Positions 1 to 11,525 of a stretch of 64,000 nt of DNA are shown here, piece by piece (position 1 is the stretch's first letter; every line of letters begins with the position of its first letter). The notes below the pieces were generated by a model. That model saw nothing but the letters and a program-made list of their open reading frames with translations. It searched no databases and was not told the DNA's origin. The stretch comes from Octopus sinensis (taxonomy: Eukaryota), in contig NC_043010.1 in the NCBI RefSeq assembly GCF_006345805.1, forward strand, positions 17,918,001 through 17,982,000. Reading direction: 5' to 3'. Made by a program: the position numbers and the translations under genes.

Positions 1-41
1 GTGTGTGTGTTTATGCACACACACACACATATATATATGTC

Positions 42-240
42 GTTGTCATCATCATCGTCATCATCATCTGTCCACATTCCAAGCTGGCATGGGTTGGATG
101 GTTTAACAGTATCTAATGGACACAAGAACTGCACTGTGCTGCAGCGTCTGCATGGTTTCTATGTCAGGATGCGCTTCCTAACACCAACCACTGGACAGTG
201 GTACTTGCGAGGTCGCCACGCCACTTGCAAAGCCATGAAA
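42..240 (-). mobile_element. Degenerate RTE-LINE 3'-tail fragment
   Basis: (CAT)n followed by gctggcatgggttggatgg...cttcctaacaccaaccact, the same tail as the LINE at 53670-56400. Confidence 0.6.
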
Positions 241-274
241 CCTAGTGAGGGAGGTGCAGGCTGTTGTTGTTGAG

Positions 275-580
275 GAGCAGCTACATGGCTGCTTCCATTT
301 AGAGGAGAGGGTGAGGATGAATTGGGAGGAGGTGCAAAGAGACAAATACTGGTGATGAGGTGTCCCAGCAGCACTCGGAAGACATGAGGTGTGTAGAAGC
401 GAGTGGAGACGGAAAAACTGAAAGTTTGAACGGGTGGATGTTGATAAGAGTGTGGGGTGCAAGAAATAGGGAAATAGGAGAAGGGACGGATGCCACGTCT
501 GTAAAGATTGGGTACGATTTGGACATTCAGAAACACAAGCACAGGTATTATTACAAATTAATATTTTCATTTGAAAAATA
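275..580 (-). mobile_element. Possible Penelope-like 3' end remnant
   Basis: Minus-strand translation FLAPHTLINIHPFKLSVF resembles a PLE endonuclease C-terminus. A GCAGC/GCTGC hairpin follows at about 277-292. Heavily decayed. Confidence 0.3.
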
Positions 581-654
581 TGAGTTTACCTGCCTGGACA
601 ATTTTAACTGGAATGGCAGGTTTGGATTTTACAAGGTTTTGATTGTATAAATAA

Positions 655-1048
655 CTAGCAGTATTGCCTGGCGTTGCTTGGGTTTCTTTCGACCCTTTAG
701 AATTGGAATTTTTGAAAAGTAAAAATTTTGCATTATGTAGCTTATTATTCTCTTTAAGTGAACATTTTTCTGGTTGAAATACACCGAAAAATGGCGACAC
801 ATCAACAGTCAAAAAATCGTAAAAAATAGGGATTTTCATAGAAAAAAAAGCACCTTTTTGATGTAAATAATTTTTGGTCTTAACATGGTCCTATTTGAAT
901 TTTATCTTCTACGGAAGGAAGAGCAAGCCTTCTTCTATCATACTCTCAATTTTGGTCAACTTGTGCCGCAGAGTCTCGGAGGAGATAGTGTTAGTTGAAG
1001 GCTACCAAACCTGCCACACACAGACAACTTCAGCTTTATATATACAGA
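655..1048 (-). mobile_element. Non-autonomous Helitron-like element
   Basis: Minus strand starts TCTGTATATATAAAGC and ends CCCAAGCAACGCCAGGCAATACTGCTAG; it sits between A and T with no TSD. Confidence 0.75.
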
Positions 1049-1159
1049 TATGATTTATTATTCTTATATTGTTTGACCGATTTGATTCAATGGACTGTGG
1101 TCAAGTTGTTGCAGCTCCTTTCAGAGTAGTGATTCTTATTTGAAAGATCTTTTCCTGTG

Positions 1160-1377
1160 TCTTGCAAGTTATTTGCTGACCTCAGTGGTGCTGGTGTCAT
1201 GAAGAAAAAAAAGCATCCAATACACTTTGTACGGTGGTTGGCATTAGGAAGGGCATCCAGCTGTAGAAACGATGCTAAAGGGGATACTGGGGCTTGACTC
1301 AATCCTCTGGTTTGTTAAATTCTGTCAAACCATCCAACTGATACCAGGATGGAAAAGAGACATTAAATGATGATGAG
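1160..1377 (+). mobile_element. RTE 3'-tail fragment
   Basis: ggttggcattaggaagggcatccagctgtagaaac...gacattaaatgatgatg. Confidence 0.7.
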
Positions 1378-1426
1378 GTGGAGAGCAAAAACAACAAATT
1401 TAAGACATCAAAAATCGACACGTTTG

Positions 1427-1790
1427 ATCATCATCATCATCATCATCGTTTAACGTCCGCTTTCCATGCTAGCATGGGTTGGACGGTTCAACTGGGGTCT
1501 GGCAAGCCCGAAGGCTACACCAGGCCAGTCAGATCTGGCAGTGTTTCTACAGCTGGATGCCCTTCCTAACGCCAACCACTCCGAGAGTGTAGTGGGTGAT
1601 TTTATGTGCCACCGACACAGGTGCCAGACGAGGCTGGCAGACGGCCACGCTCGGATGGTGTTTTTTATGTGCTACCGACACAGGTGCCAGACGAGGCTGG
1701 CAGACGGCCACGCTCGGATGGTGTTTTTTATGTGCCACCGACACAGGTGCCAGACGAGGCTGGCAGACGGCCACGCTCGGATATGGTGTT
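1427..1790 (-). mobile_element. RTE 3'-tail element with three 63-bp tandem units
   Basis: (CAT)n-cgtttaacgtccgctttccatgctagcatggg tail, then three near-identical atgtgccaccgacacagg...ggatggtgtttttt units (about 1604-1790). Confidence 0.85.
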
Positions 1791-2009
1791 TTCGGTGTTT
1801 TTCTTGTTGTGAAGAAAAGAGATGAAGATAGGTCAATGTTTTTTCCTTCAGTATTTTTTCACTTTTCCTTCATGACGAATGACCATTGTCCAAATTGTCA
1901 AATTATTCACTCCTTTTCCTTCATCATTATAAAATCATTCCCTTTGCACTTTGATTTTGATGTTGCTGATTTTTTCTTCTCCTCTTAATACATTTGATAA
2001 AGTCTTCAT

Positions 2010-2040
2010 CTGTTTTTGTTTTTTGTTTCATATTTTTCAG
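2010..2040 (+). promoter_or_regulatory. Splice acceptor upstream of the DEGS start exon (implies an upstream 5' exon)
   Basis: tgtttttgttttttgtttcatatttttcag immediately precedes gtttaaagATG. Confidence 0.7.
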
Positions 2041-2048
2041 GTTTAAAG

Positions 2049-2509
2049 ATGGGTGTAGGAACTGAAAAAGAAACTTGCATGTCTTCAGATTTATTCAAAA
2101 GATTTTTCAATCTCAGTTCTAAAATTAGTTCAAATGAAGATGACTGGATATACGATGAAGAACCACACTGTTCACGACGGAAAGAGATTCTACGTAAACA
2201 TCCTGAAATAAAGAAATTGATGGGGTACAACCCTAAAATTACTTTCATTGTTGTCCCAGAGGTTTTGGTACAAATTCTAGCCTGTTGGTATCTAAAGGAT
2301 GCTTCATGGCTTACGATCTTTATATTAGCCTACATCTTTGGTGGAGTAATTAACCATTCCCTTGGAAGTGCTATCCATGAAATTGGTCATAATCTAGCTT
2401 TTGGACACCGTCGACCAAAAGCAAATAGGATTTTGAGTATATTCTGCAACCTTCCACTGGGGATTCCTATGGCTCTTTCATACAAGAAATACCATTTGGA
2501 TCACCATAG
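2049..2509 (+). CDS. DEGS1: Sphingolipid delta(4)-desaturase (DEGS/DES1 family, DEGS1-like), coding exon 1 (aa 1-154, phase-2 donor)
   Basis: Translates to MGVG...WIYDEEPHCSRRKEILRKHPEIKKLMG...HEIGHNLAFGH...YHLDHHR, which matches the DES1 N-terminal motif and His boxes 1 (H110-H114) and 2 (H149-H153). Donor AG|gtaagt at 2509/2510; polypyrimidine tract plus AG acceptor ends at 2040. Confidence 0.93.
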
Positions 2510-3344
2510 GTAAGTTCCATTTCCATGCTTTCTCCTTGATGTTGCTGCTGTTGCTGTTGAGAGAAGCGGACTTCGTCCCAGAGCTCGCAAGATGGGAGAA
2601 GTCCGAAACGTGGTCCTTTGCTATTCATAAAACCCGCAGAAGAGAAAGCAGGTCAACCCCTGACACCGAGAGCATCGACGGATGGATGAATGTGCATCCA
2701 GGCACCCTGCTCAAAACACATGGTCAAAACCAATGTTTTCTCTAAAAAACAATGGGTCTTTGAGGGGGATTTAGTGACTACTTTTAGCCGGTCAAGCAAC
2801 CACATAGAATCTATGTTGCTGTTACTGCAATAATGCTTTTCTTGATCTGTAAACAAAATATAAATACCCTTTCAAAACTTCTAGAATCAGACTGGAGTCT
2901 GGTGCAGCTCCTCAGCTTACCAGGACTGATTAAACTGCCCAACCTATGCCAGCATGGACAACCCACCACCACCTATCCCCATGCTAAGCAACTTTACCTC
3001 ATCCTTCTTCCCCAGTATTTCATCATCATCATCATTTAACATCCACTTTTCCATGCTTGCATGGCTTGGGTGGAATTTTTTGAGGTGGATTTTTTTCTAC
3101 AGCTGGATACCCTTCCTGTTGCAAACCCTTGCCTGTTTCCAAGCAAGATAACATTCCCTTTAACCAGACATGTTTTCATAGAAGATTGGAAACAAAGGGC
3201 AACACTGCTTCCACGATGGTGACATCCATTTACAACAACCACACAAACTCAAGACGAAGAGAGAGCAACAAACATGCACCCACGTACATATATAGACATT
3301 TATATATGTGTATGTGTGCATGCGTGTGTGTGTGTATATATATA

Positions 3345-4075
3345 TCATCATCATCATCATATAACGTTCATTGTCCATGCTGGCATGGGTTGGACACTTT
3401 GACCAGGGCTGGTAAGCTGAGGGGCTGCACCAGATTCCAGTCTGATTTGGCATGCCCTTCCTAATGCCAACTACTCTGAGAGTATAATGGGTGCTTTTAT
3501 GTGCCACTGGCACAGGTGCCATTTGTGTGAGTATTTGCCATGACTACAATTTCATTTGGCTTGATGGGTCTTCTTCTGAAGCATTGCATATACCAAAGGT
3601 CTCGATCATTCGTCATTACCTCCATGAGGCCCAAAGCTCAAAAGGTGCTTTTTATGTGCCACTGGCTCAGGTGCCCAACATTCAAAGATCATACTTCGTT
3701 GCCTTGTCCAATGTCTTCCACAGGTTCCCTCCACCATTCGAGTGTGACACTTCTTCACACAGCTGTCCTCATCCATACACAACACCCAGCCATACCTGCA
3801 CAGTTGTCTCTCTTGCACACCACATCTGATGCTTCTTATGCCCAACTTTTCTCTCAAGAAGTTTACACTCTGTGACTGACATTGCCCATCTAGCAAAGCA
3901 GACTAGTGTCATTTCTTTCAAACCTACGTGTGTCCTCAGTGGTCACAGCCCATGTTTCACTGCTGTGTAGCATAGCTGTTCAGATACAGGCATCATACAG
4001 TTTGCTTTTCACTCTTAGGGAAAGGCCCTTTATTTCCAGCAGAAGCAGGAGCTCTCTGCACTTTACCCACATTAT
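3345..4075 (-). mobile_element. 5'-truncated RTE LINE (RT C-terminus plus 3' UTR tail)
   Basis: Minus frames give KGLSLRVKSKLYDACI and LREKLGIRSIRCGVQERQL, homologous to 54107-54600, followed by the shared tail. Confidence 0.8.
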
Positions 4076-4104
4076 TTGTATGAATGCATGCATGCATGCA
4101 TGCA

Positions 4105-4140
<36 letters not shown>

Positions 4141-4268
4141 GCAAAAACTGTCCGACGAACGGAAACGTGAAACTCAGAGTAACAGGTTTTGTTGAATTGT
4201 CTGCTGCTTTAAATAAAGTATATATATATATATGTATATGTATATGCATATGTATGTATGTATGTATG

Positions 4269-4800
4269 TCATCATCATCATCATCATTTAACATCCCTTT
4301 TCCATACTGGTATGGACTGGATGGTTTGACTGGGGTCTGGAAAGCCAGGTGGCTGCACCAGGCTCCAATCTGATCTGGCAATGTTTCTACAGTTGGATGC
4401 CCTTCCTAATGCCAACCAGAAGTGGGTGCTTTTTTACGTGCCACCAGCACAGGAGCCGGTCAGGGGGTACTGGATCAGCCTTACTTGGTTGGTGTTTGGC
4501 ATCGGCTAGGTTCGAATGGTGCTTTTTACATGCCGGTGGCATGGGACCCAGTCAGGTGACACTGGCATTGACCATGTTTGGATGATGCATTTTACGTACC
4601 GCCTGAACAGGAGCCAGTCAGTGGCCACAGGCCACAACTACGATTTTGGTTTTACTTGACTCAACAGGTCTTCTCAAGCATATCATATTACCTGATGCAT
4701 CAAGGGTACTTTTAAGTGGGTTGGACATGCAACAGTGGCATTGGCCATGGCTGTGATCTAACTTTAGTTGCTATGTCTTCTCAATCACAGCATATCTCCA
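4269..4800 (-). mobile_element. RTE 3' UTR/tail fragment
   Basis: Shared tail plus gtgcca/ggcac repeat units plus caacaggtcttctcaagca UTR segment. Confidence 0.75.
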
Positions 4801-5369
4801 AATGTCTTTATATGTATATATACAAAAGGCTTTTTTCAGTTTCCATTTATCAAATAAACACAAAAGGCTTTAGCCATCTTGAAGCCATAGTAGAAGGCAC
4901 TCGCCAAAAGTACACTGCAGTGGGACTGAACCCAGAGCCATGTGGCTGGGAGGCAAACCTCTCACCGTTCAGCTATGCTTGTCAGAAATTCCCACCATGT
5001 GCATAACTTTCATGCAGCCATCAGTCTTCGGCTGTTCAACATGAACATGAAGCACATCAACCTCACCCATCTTTGGGTGACCCTATGAAGGCCATTGTCA
5101 CATTACAGAACCTTTCTTCAGTCTAAACCTTAAAAGAAAGAAATGACTAAAGAATTACAAATTAGTAGTGAAGAATCCCAGATAAAATTCATTTCAGATT
5201 TGGTTTCAATTCTGAATCGATTTTGAAAATGTCTCAACAAAACCAAGTGGAAACAAATCCATGACCTTGAATTTTTAGTCAAAGAAATCAATCTTGTAAA
5301 TCATTTTTTAATCCTGGTACTTATTCTATTGGAAAATATTAAATGAAAAGTATTTTAAAAGAATATTTG

Positions 5370-5780
5370 GGATCTTTTCGGTTTGAACGGCAGTTTTTTC
5401 TAGTGGTGTCATATGAAATTGTTACCCATAATTATGACCCTAGTATCGACCTATTGCATTTAAATCTGTTTTAGGGTTAGGGGTGGGGGGAAGGGTATCT
5501 TTTTTTCTTCACAAATGTAAATAAACCCAATCTGTTTCTTAAACGAGGGACATATTCATACATCACAAATTGTTGTTTACCTCAATAGACGTCATCGATT
5601 GGTTGAAATTGCAGAAATTGAAGAAAAAAAACAACAAATATCTTACAAACAATAGAATTTTCTCAATAAAGCCAAGAGAAAAAGATGTTTTATAAACACA
5701 TTCTACCAGTATACGAAGTTTAAAATTTTTTAGTTACCTAGAAATTATGTTAAAAACTGCTGTTCAAACCGAAAAGATCC
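5370..5780 (+). mobile_element. MITE, GGATC-terminal, 8-bp TSD (Merlin-like), copy 1
   Basis: TIR ggatcttttcggtttgaacggcagttttt / aaaaactgctgttcaaaccgaaaagatcc; TSD aatatttg at 5362-5369 and 5781-5788. Confidence 0.9.
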
Positions 5781-5859
5781 AATATTTGCATAGTATTCAA
5801 ATACAAGGGGCATTTTCCTTGTTTCTGCCTGTCTCTGTCTCTCTTGTAATATATATACT

Positions 5860-6003
5860 TCTTTCAGTTTCCGTTTACCAAATCCACTTGGTTGGCCCAA
5901 GGCTACAGTAGAAGACACTTGCCCAAGGTGCCGCGCAGTGAGACTGAATCGAGAACAATGTGGTTGGGAAGCAAGTTCCTTACCACACAGCCACACCTGC
6001 GCT
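5860..6003 (-). mobile_element. tRNA-derived SINE family A, 5' portion
   Basis: Reverse complement of ggtgtggctgtgtggtaagg...gcggcaccttgggcaagtgtcttc. Confidence 0.75.
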
Positions 6004-6047
6004 TATATATATGTAAATAAATCTAATTAAAAACAACTTTTACAAAC

Positions 6048-6091
<44 letters not shown>

Positions 6092-6894
6092 GGTGTGTGG
6101 TGAGGCAAATCGTTGCTAAACCCTTAATTACTTAGTATATATATACATATATATATGTATATATATGTGCGTGTGTGTGTGTATGTGTGTGTAAGTGTGT
6201 GAGTACATATCTGTTTGCATGTGTACTAAATCAATAGTAACTTACTAATAGGTTGTCCGAGTCAACCGTTGAGGATGGTGCAGAATTAATATTCCTTTGA
6301 CATTGGAAATACTGTCATGACCATCCCATCTGCTTTTCTCTGTCCAGACTAAAAATATATACAATATGATGGGTTTTTTTTCTAAAGATAGTAGGCTGTA
6401 GTAAAGGGTGGGGGAGAGAGAGAGGGGGGTAGGGTGGGGATTTGGCTGCTATTTTTAGTAGTTCACATGACCAGCAGGAGGCCTCACCACATTGGCTTCT
6501 ATAATTCTCCGTGATTCAATAATCAATCAATCACAATTTTCCTGATGATAGTTTTGTTATAAATTCTGATTTCTTCATTGTTCATTATTCTATTTAGAGT
6601 CATTTTTTTCCCTCTCCCTGCCATCGGAACAGTTCTAATAATCCACGGATATTGATTTCAAATAATAATTCATCCATTCACCAATGAAGTCAACTTTATC
6701 CCTGTTGTGATGTCCGAGTCTCTTGTTAACACAAATATTCACGTTTTCCAGAACGTTCATTATTTAGTATTGATTCAAGGTTTTAAAAAGAAGCCCCTGC
6801 AACAGATACAAGCTTCTCTTACAATCTCATTCAAATTGAGGATTTATTATATGAATATAAATCATCCCCAGGACTTACTTTAACCGGTTACTTC

Positions 6895-7450
6895 ATCATC
6901 ATCATCATCATTGTTTAATGTCCGCTCTCCATGCTAGCATGGGTTGGACGAATGACTGAGGACTGGCGAACCAGATGGCTGCACCAGGCTTCAATCTTAA
7001 TCTGACAGAGTTTCTACAGCTGGATGCCCTTCCTAACGCCAACCACTCTGAGAGTGTAGAGGATGCTTTTTACGTGCCACTGGCACGGAGGCCAGTCAGG
7101 CAGTACTGGCAATGACCTCGCTTGAATCTTTTTATACATGCCACCAGCACAAGTGCTAGTAAGGCGACGTTGGTAACGATCACACTCGAATGGTGCCTTT
7201 TATGTGCCACTGGCACAGAAGCCAGTTAGCCGCTCTGTCAACAATCACATTCGTATAGTGCTCTTTGCACCCCGCTAGCATGGATGCCAGTCATCGAATT
7301 CGATTTTGATTTCACTTGCCTCAACAGGTCTTCGTAAGCAGAGTTTAGTGTCTAAAGAAGGAAAAGGTATGCATAAGCGGGCTGGTTATGCTCCTGGCAT
7401 AGGCCACAGGTTATGGTCTCATTTGGCTTGCCGGGTCTTCTCAAGCACAG
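6895..7450 (-). mobile_element. RTE 3' UTR/tail element
   Basis: Shared tail with several gtgccactggcac units. Confidence 0.8.
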
Positions 7451-7741
7451 AATATTACTTATTTTGTTGGCTTCTACTGATGGTGCGATTTGAGTTTTTG
7501 ACATAAAAAGATGTTGCAACTTGATTCACAGTTTCACACAGATGAGCATGGATGTGTGGTGAGGAAGTTTGCTTCACAAGTATGTAGCTCAAGGTTAAGT
7601 CTCACTGAATAGCACTTGGGTCAAGAATCTCCAATAGTCTCAGGACGACCAAACCTTCTCACTGGATTTAGTCAACCGAAATTCAAAGAAGCCCATAGTA
7701 TAGACATACGTACATGTGTGTGTGTGTGTGTGTGTGTGTGA

Positions 7742-7787
<46 letters not shown>

Positions 7788-7959
7788 GTGTGTGTGGGTG
7801 TTGACATTTTCTGATTTTTGTAAATGAGTGTCACTGTTATACAAGCAGTGTCGTTCCTTTGCAATCTTCTGTGAGAGATATGTCTGGCTACAGAAAAATA
7901 TTCCCTTGCTCAGAAATTGGTAAGAATTGGTGACAAAACTCTGTCTGACCCATGAAAGC

Positions 7960-8541
7960 ATGAAAAAGAAGATGTTCAAATAAAAATATGTAAGTGCACC
8001 TTGAGGCAATCCAGCACCACAACACACAGAAGATGGAATTGGTGATACAGATGAGCTACTGGGAGAGGCTAAAAGAACTGAAGCTCTACTCCTTGGAGAG
8101 AAGGCAAGAAAGATATGCAGTAATATACATATGGAAGATCCTGGAAGGTCTAGCTCCCAATTTTGGAATTGAAAGCCATATCAATGGCTGAACTGGACGG
8201 TACTGTATAATACCAACGGTCCCATCTTTTCCATCTCAAATAAGGACCCAGTACTGTAACAACTTGGGTTTAAAGGCTCCACCATTATTCAGCATTTTGC
8301 CATAAAACCTCAGAGATTTACAAGGTGTAGATGTAGAGATATTGAGGGAGCATCTTGGACAAATTTCTATTTATCCCCCCCACTGCAGGAGGAAGCACAA
8401 AGAAGAACAGCTCCATCCAACTTGCCACTTCACCAGAAGCATTATAGAGAAGAAACTCAAACACTCTGAAACCTGGTGCTCCAGCATGGCCTCGGCCTCT
8501 GGTTGAAACCAGAATATGATAAAAGATAAAGATAAAAGATA
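7960..8541 (+). mobile_element. CR1/L2-group LINE 3' end with intact tail
   Basis: MSYWERLKELKLYSLERRQERYAVIYIWKILEGLAPN is a typical post-RT C-terminal domain. Ends ggtgctccagcatggcc...gaaacc...gataaaagataaagataaaaga. Confidence 0.8.
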
Positions 8542-8714
8542 CATATTTACACATCCATCCATCCATCCATCCATCCATCCATACACACACACACACACAC
8601 ACACACATACGTATGTATGTATGTATGTATGTATGTATGTATGTATGTATGTATGTATATTTATATATATATACACATATACATATAAATACATATGTAT
8701 AAATATATATATAT

Positions 8715-8890
8715 AAAGGACCTTGGAGTTAATTTAGCAAAGACCAAAGTCTTAGTAAGTAAGAAAACAGACAAACCAGAAAAATCCCTTTAGGGAGATG
8801 GCCCTGCTTGATATGTAGAAAAGATTTAGGTAGAAACTCCATGAGATGTACCTGGTGCAAGCTATGGACACATGAGAGGTGCAACAATCT
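8715..8890 (+). mobile_element. RTE RT fragment
   Basis: KDLGVNLAKTKVLVS...ICRKDLGRNSMRCTWCKLWTHERC, matching the RTE copies near 52000 and 54800. Confidence 0.7.
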
Positions 8891-9215
8891 GCATCCTCCT
8901 CTTCATCCTCACCCTCCTACTCCTCTTCCTCTTCTTCCTCCTCTTTCTCCTCATCCTTCTCATCCTCACCACCACCACCACCACCACCACAACCACAACC
9001 ACCACCACCATTATTTAACTTCCATCCTCCATGTTGGCATGGGTTGGATGATTTAACAGGATCCAATGAACCAGAGGGCTGCATCAAAGGAGTGCTTTTG
9101 ACACAGGTTCAAGGGCTGGGTGCCCTTCCTAACTTTAATCATGTTACAAAATGAACTGGTCACTAGTGGGGTCACTAAGTGACTCATAACTCAAATCTCC
9201 TCAACTGAGTGAGTA

Positions 9216-9439
9216 CAGTAACCCCTCGACCATGGCAGGTGTTACATTCCAAACCCATCCCCAACCCCCGTAATAGGTGAAAATCCGTAAAGTAGAAACA
9301 GTATTGTACTGTGTATTTTGTTTTTATAATTTGTATATATTTATTTTATCGCAAATGCAAAACAACACCATGGAGGAATCGATGTAAGCTTAAATAATAA
9401 ACCACGATAGGTGAACCATGATATGGTGAGGGATTACTG
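9216..9439. mobile_element. Tc1/mariner-superfamily (pogo/Tigger-like) MITE
   Basis: TA|cagtaacccctc ... gagggattactg|TA. Confidence 0.75.
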
Positions 9440-10382
9440 TATGCTGTATGTGTGTGTGTGCAAGTTTTGATTGTTTATGAGGATCCTGATGTATCAACCA
9501 TGAGATTTGATCCCCCTACAAACAGCTTTAAACCAGAGGCAAACAACATCCAACCTAATGTGTTTGTTTTGTTTGTGGTGGAGTGGCAAAACTGTAAGAA
9601 TGTTGCACTGAATGCCTGGCAGTATTTGTTTCGGATATTTATGTTCTGAGTTCAAATTCCAGCATAGAATTACTCCATTCCCTGGCCGAATAATACCACC
9701 ATCTGAAGTCACTGATCAGATCTCTGGTTTGAGAATATCTCCCTCCTTCCTTCTTTCTCTCCCACCCTCTCACCCCCACCTCCTACCAGTTTTGGGGGCC
9801 TCAAAAAGGGCCACAGGGACAACCTTCCCTCCTGACAAAGTAAAACAAAATGGTAAGTAAAGTTCCAACCTGTCCCTTATGAAGCAGCCTTAAATCTCCT
9901 ATCCGTCCAAATATACTTTAACCTTTTAACTCCTTGTTTAAAGTGACCCCTCTGTCTCCTATTCCACCCCACCACCACACACACAACTCTGCAGTTGAGA
10001 AAGCTCTTTAATCTTTCAAGCTGCAAGGTGACCCTTTTAGAGCTGGTGTCATGGAGAAAAAAAAAACCCACAGAACACTCTGTATTGGGTTTGGTTTTGG
10101 GAAGGGCATCCAGCCATAGAAACCATCTCAAAACTGACACACTGGATCTGATCAAAGCATCCAGCTCATGTCAGCATTATGATACTCTTGATACTGATGA
10201 TGATGATGATGGTGATGATGATATATACACATTAATACATACATTGTGTATGCATAAAGCATCATCATTTAACATGTGTATGCTATGCTGACATGGGTTG
10301 GACATTTCGACAGGAAGTGATGAGCCTGTGGCACGTGTTGGTCTCCAGAATCTGTTTTGGCAAAGTTTGTGGTTGGATGTCC

Positions 10383-10608
10383 TGTATGTATGTATGTATG
10401 TATGTATGTATCCATTTAGATATAGAAAGAGAGAGACGGGGTAGAGGGGGAGAGAGACAGACTGGCAGATAGAGAAGAAAAAGAAGACAGATAGATAGAT
10501 AGACAGACAGACAGATAGATAAACAAATAGATAGACAGACAGACAGATAGATAAACAAATAGATAGACAGACAGACAGATAGATAAACAAATAGATAGAC
10601 AGACAGAC

Positions 10609-10666
<58 letters not shown>

Positions 10667-10692
10667 GTAGGTAGTAAGGTAGGTAGATAGAT

Positions 10693-10740
<48 letters not shown>

Positions 10741-10781
10741 TTAGATAGATAGATAGAAAGATAGATAGGTAGGTAGTAAGG

Positions 10782-10812
<31 letters not shown>

Positions 10813-10814
10813 GT

Positions 10815-10875
<61 letters not shown>

Positions 10876-10880
10876 CAGAC
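10383..10880. repeat. Compound (TATG)/(GATA)/(GACA) microsatellite with a 36-bp higher-order repeat
   Basis: agatagataaacaaatagatagacagacagacagat repeated about three times within a long (GATA)n tract. Confidence 0.95.
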
Positions 10881-11139
10881 AGGCACACCCTGATTTGGAC
10901 CTGATATTAATCCCAATATATAATGCAATAAACCACTAGTGTGTTCCTAACAGCTCACTCAGAGCTAACTGAGACTCAACAACAGCAACAACGGCAACAA
11001 CACATGTCTCAGCCATAGAACATTTGTGTTGTATAACATTTCTCTGATATAACAATACAATACGGAGGAAATGAGAAACATTGTTTTCTACAAACCAATG
11101 CATATGAAAGCCTATTTTGGCCAGAAGCAGATTTTGATT

Positions 11140-11345
11140 CCCAGAGCAGTGTTGGTGCTATGAAAAAAGCACCCAGCACACTCTGCCAAATGGTTGGTGC
11201 TAGGAAGGGCATCCAGCCATGGAAATCCATACAAACGTAAACACCGGAGCATGATGCTGTCTTCAGCTGAATTCTATCAAACCATCCAACCGATGCCAGT
11301 ATTGAACATGGACATTAAGTGATGAGAATGATGATGATGGTGATA
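11140..11345 (+). mobile_element. RTE 3'-tail fragment (opposite orientation to most intronic copies)
   Basis: aaaaagcacccagcacactc...aggaagggcatccagccatggaaa...gacattaagtgatgag. Confidence 0.65.
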
Positions 11346-11525
11346 ATGGCAAACACCACCATCACCACCACCACCATGATGGGGGTGGTAGTGATGACAG
11401 CAATGGCAGCCACATCTTCTCTGCTCAGTATGTTGTCCTTGTTAAATATTACTATAATTAAGAATACCTCAATTATGATAACTATACTTAATTGTCTTCA
11501 TGTTTTTTTTTTCTTTTTTTTGCAG

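Noticed and set aside
272-302. Hammerhead at the GCAGC/GCTGC hairpin
   Set aside because: Stem II-like hairpin only; both core strands are missing or corrupted.
1604-1790. 63-bp, 18-bp and 30-bp repeat arrays as CRISPR-like arrays
   Set aside because: Units are contiguous with no unique spacers, there are no cas genes, and the context is eukaryotic.
2016-2048. ORF-track start of the desaturase at 2016
   Set aside because: 2016-2040 is the polypyrimidine tract and acceptor; the first ATG in the exon is at 2049.
10177-10928. Long ORFs such as (YLSI)n, (YI)n, (MYVC)n, (HT)n, poly-S/E/F/L across the window
   Set aside because: They are translations of GATA, TA, TATG, CA, CT and GAA microsatellites, with no coding evidence.
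11500-11525. ORF-track start MFFFSFFC for exon 2
   Set aside because: Intronic polypyrimidine tract; the exon begins at 11526.
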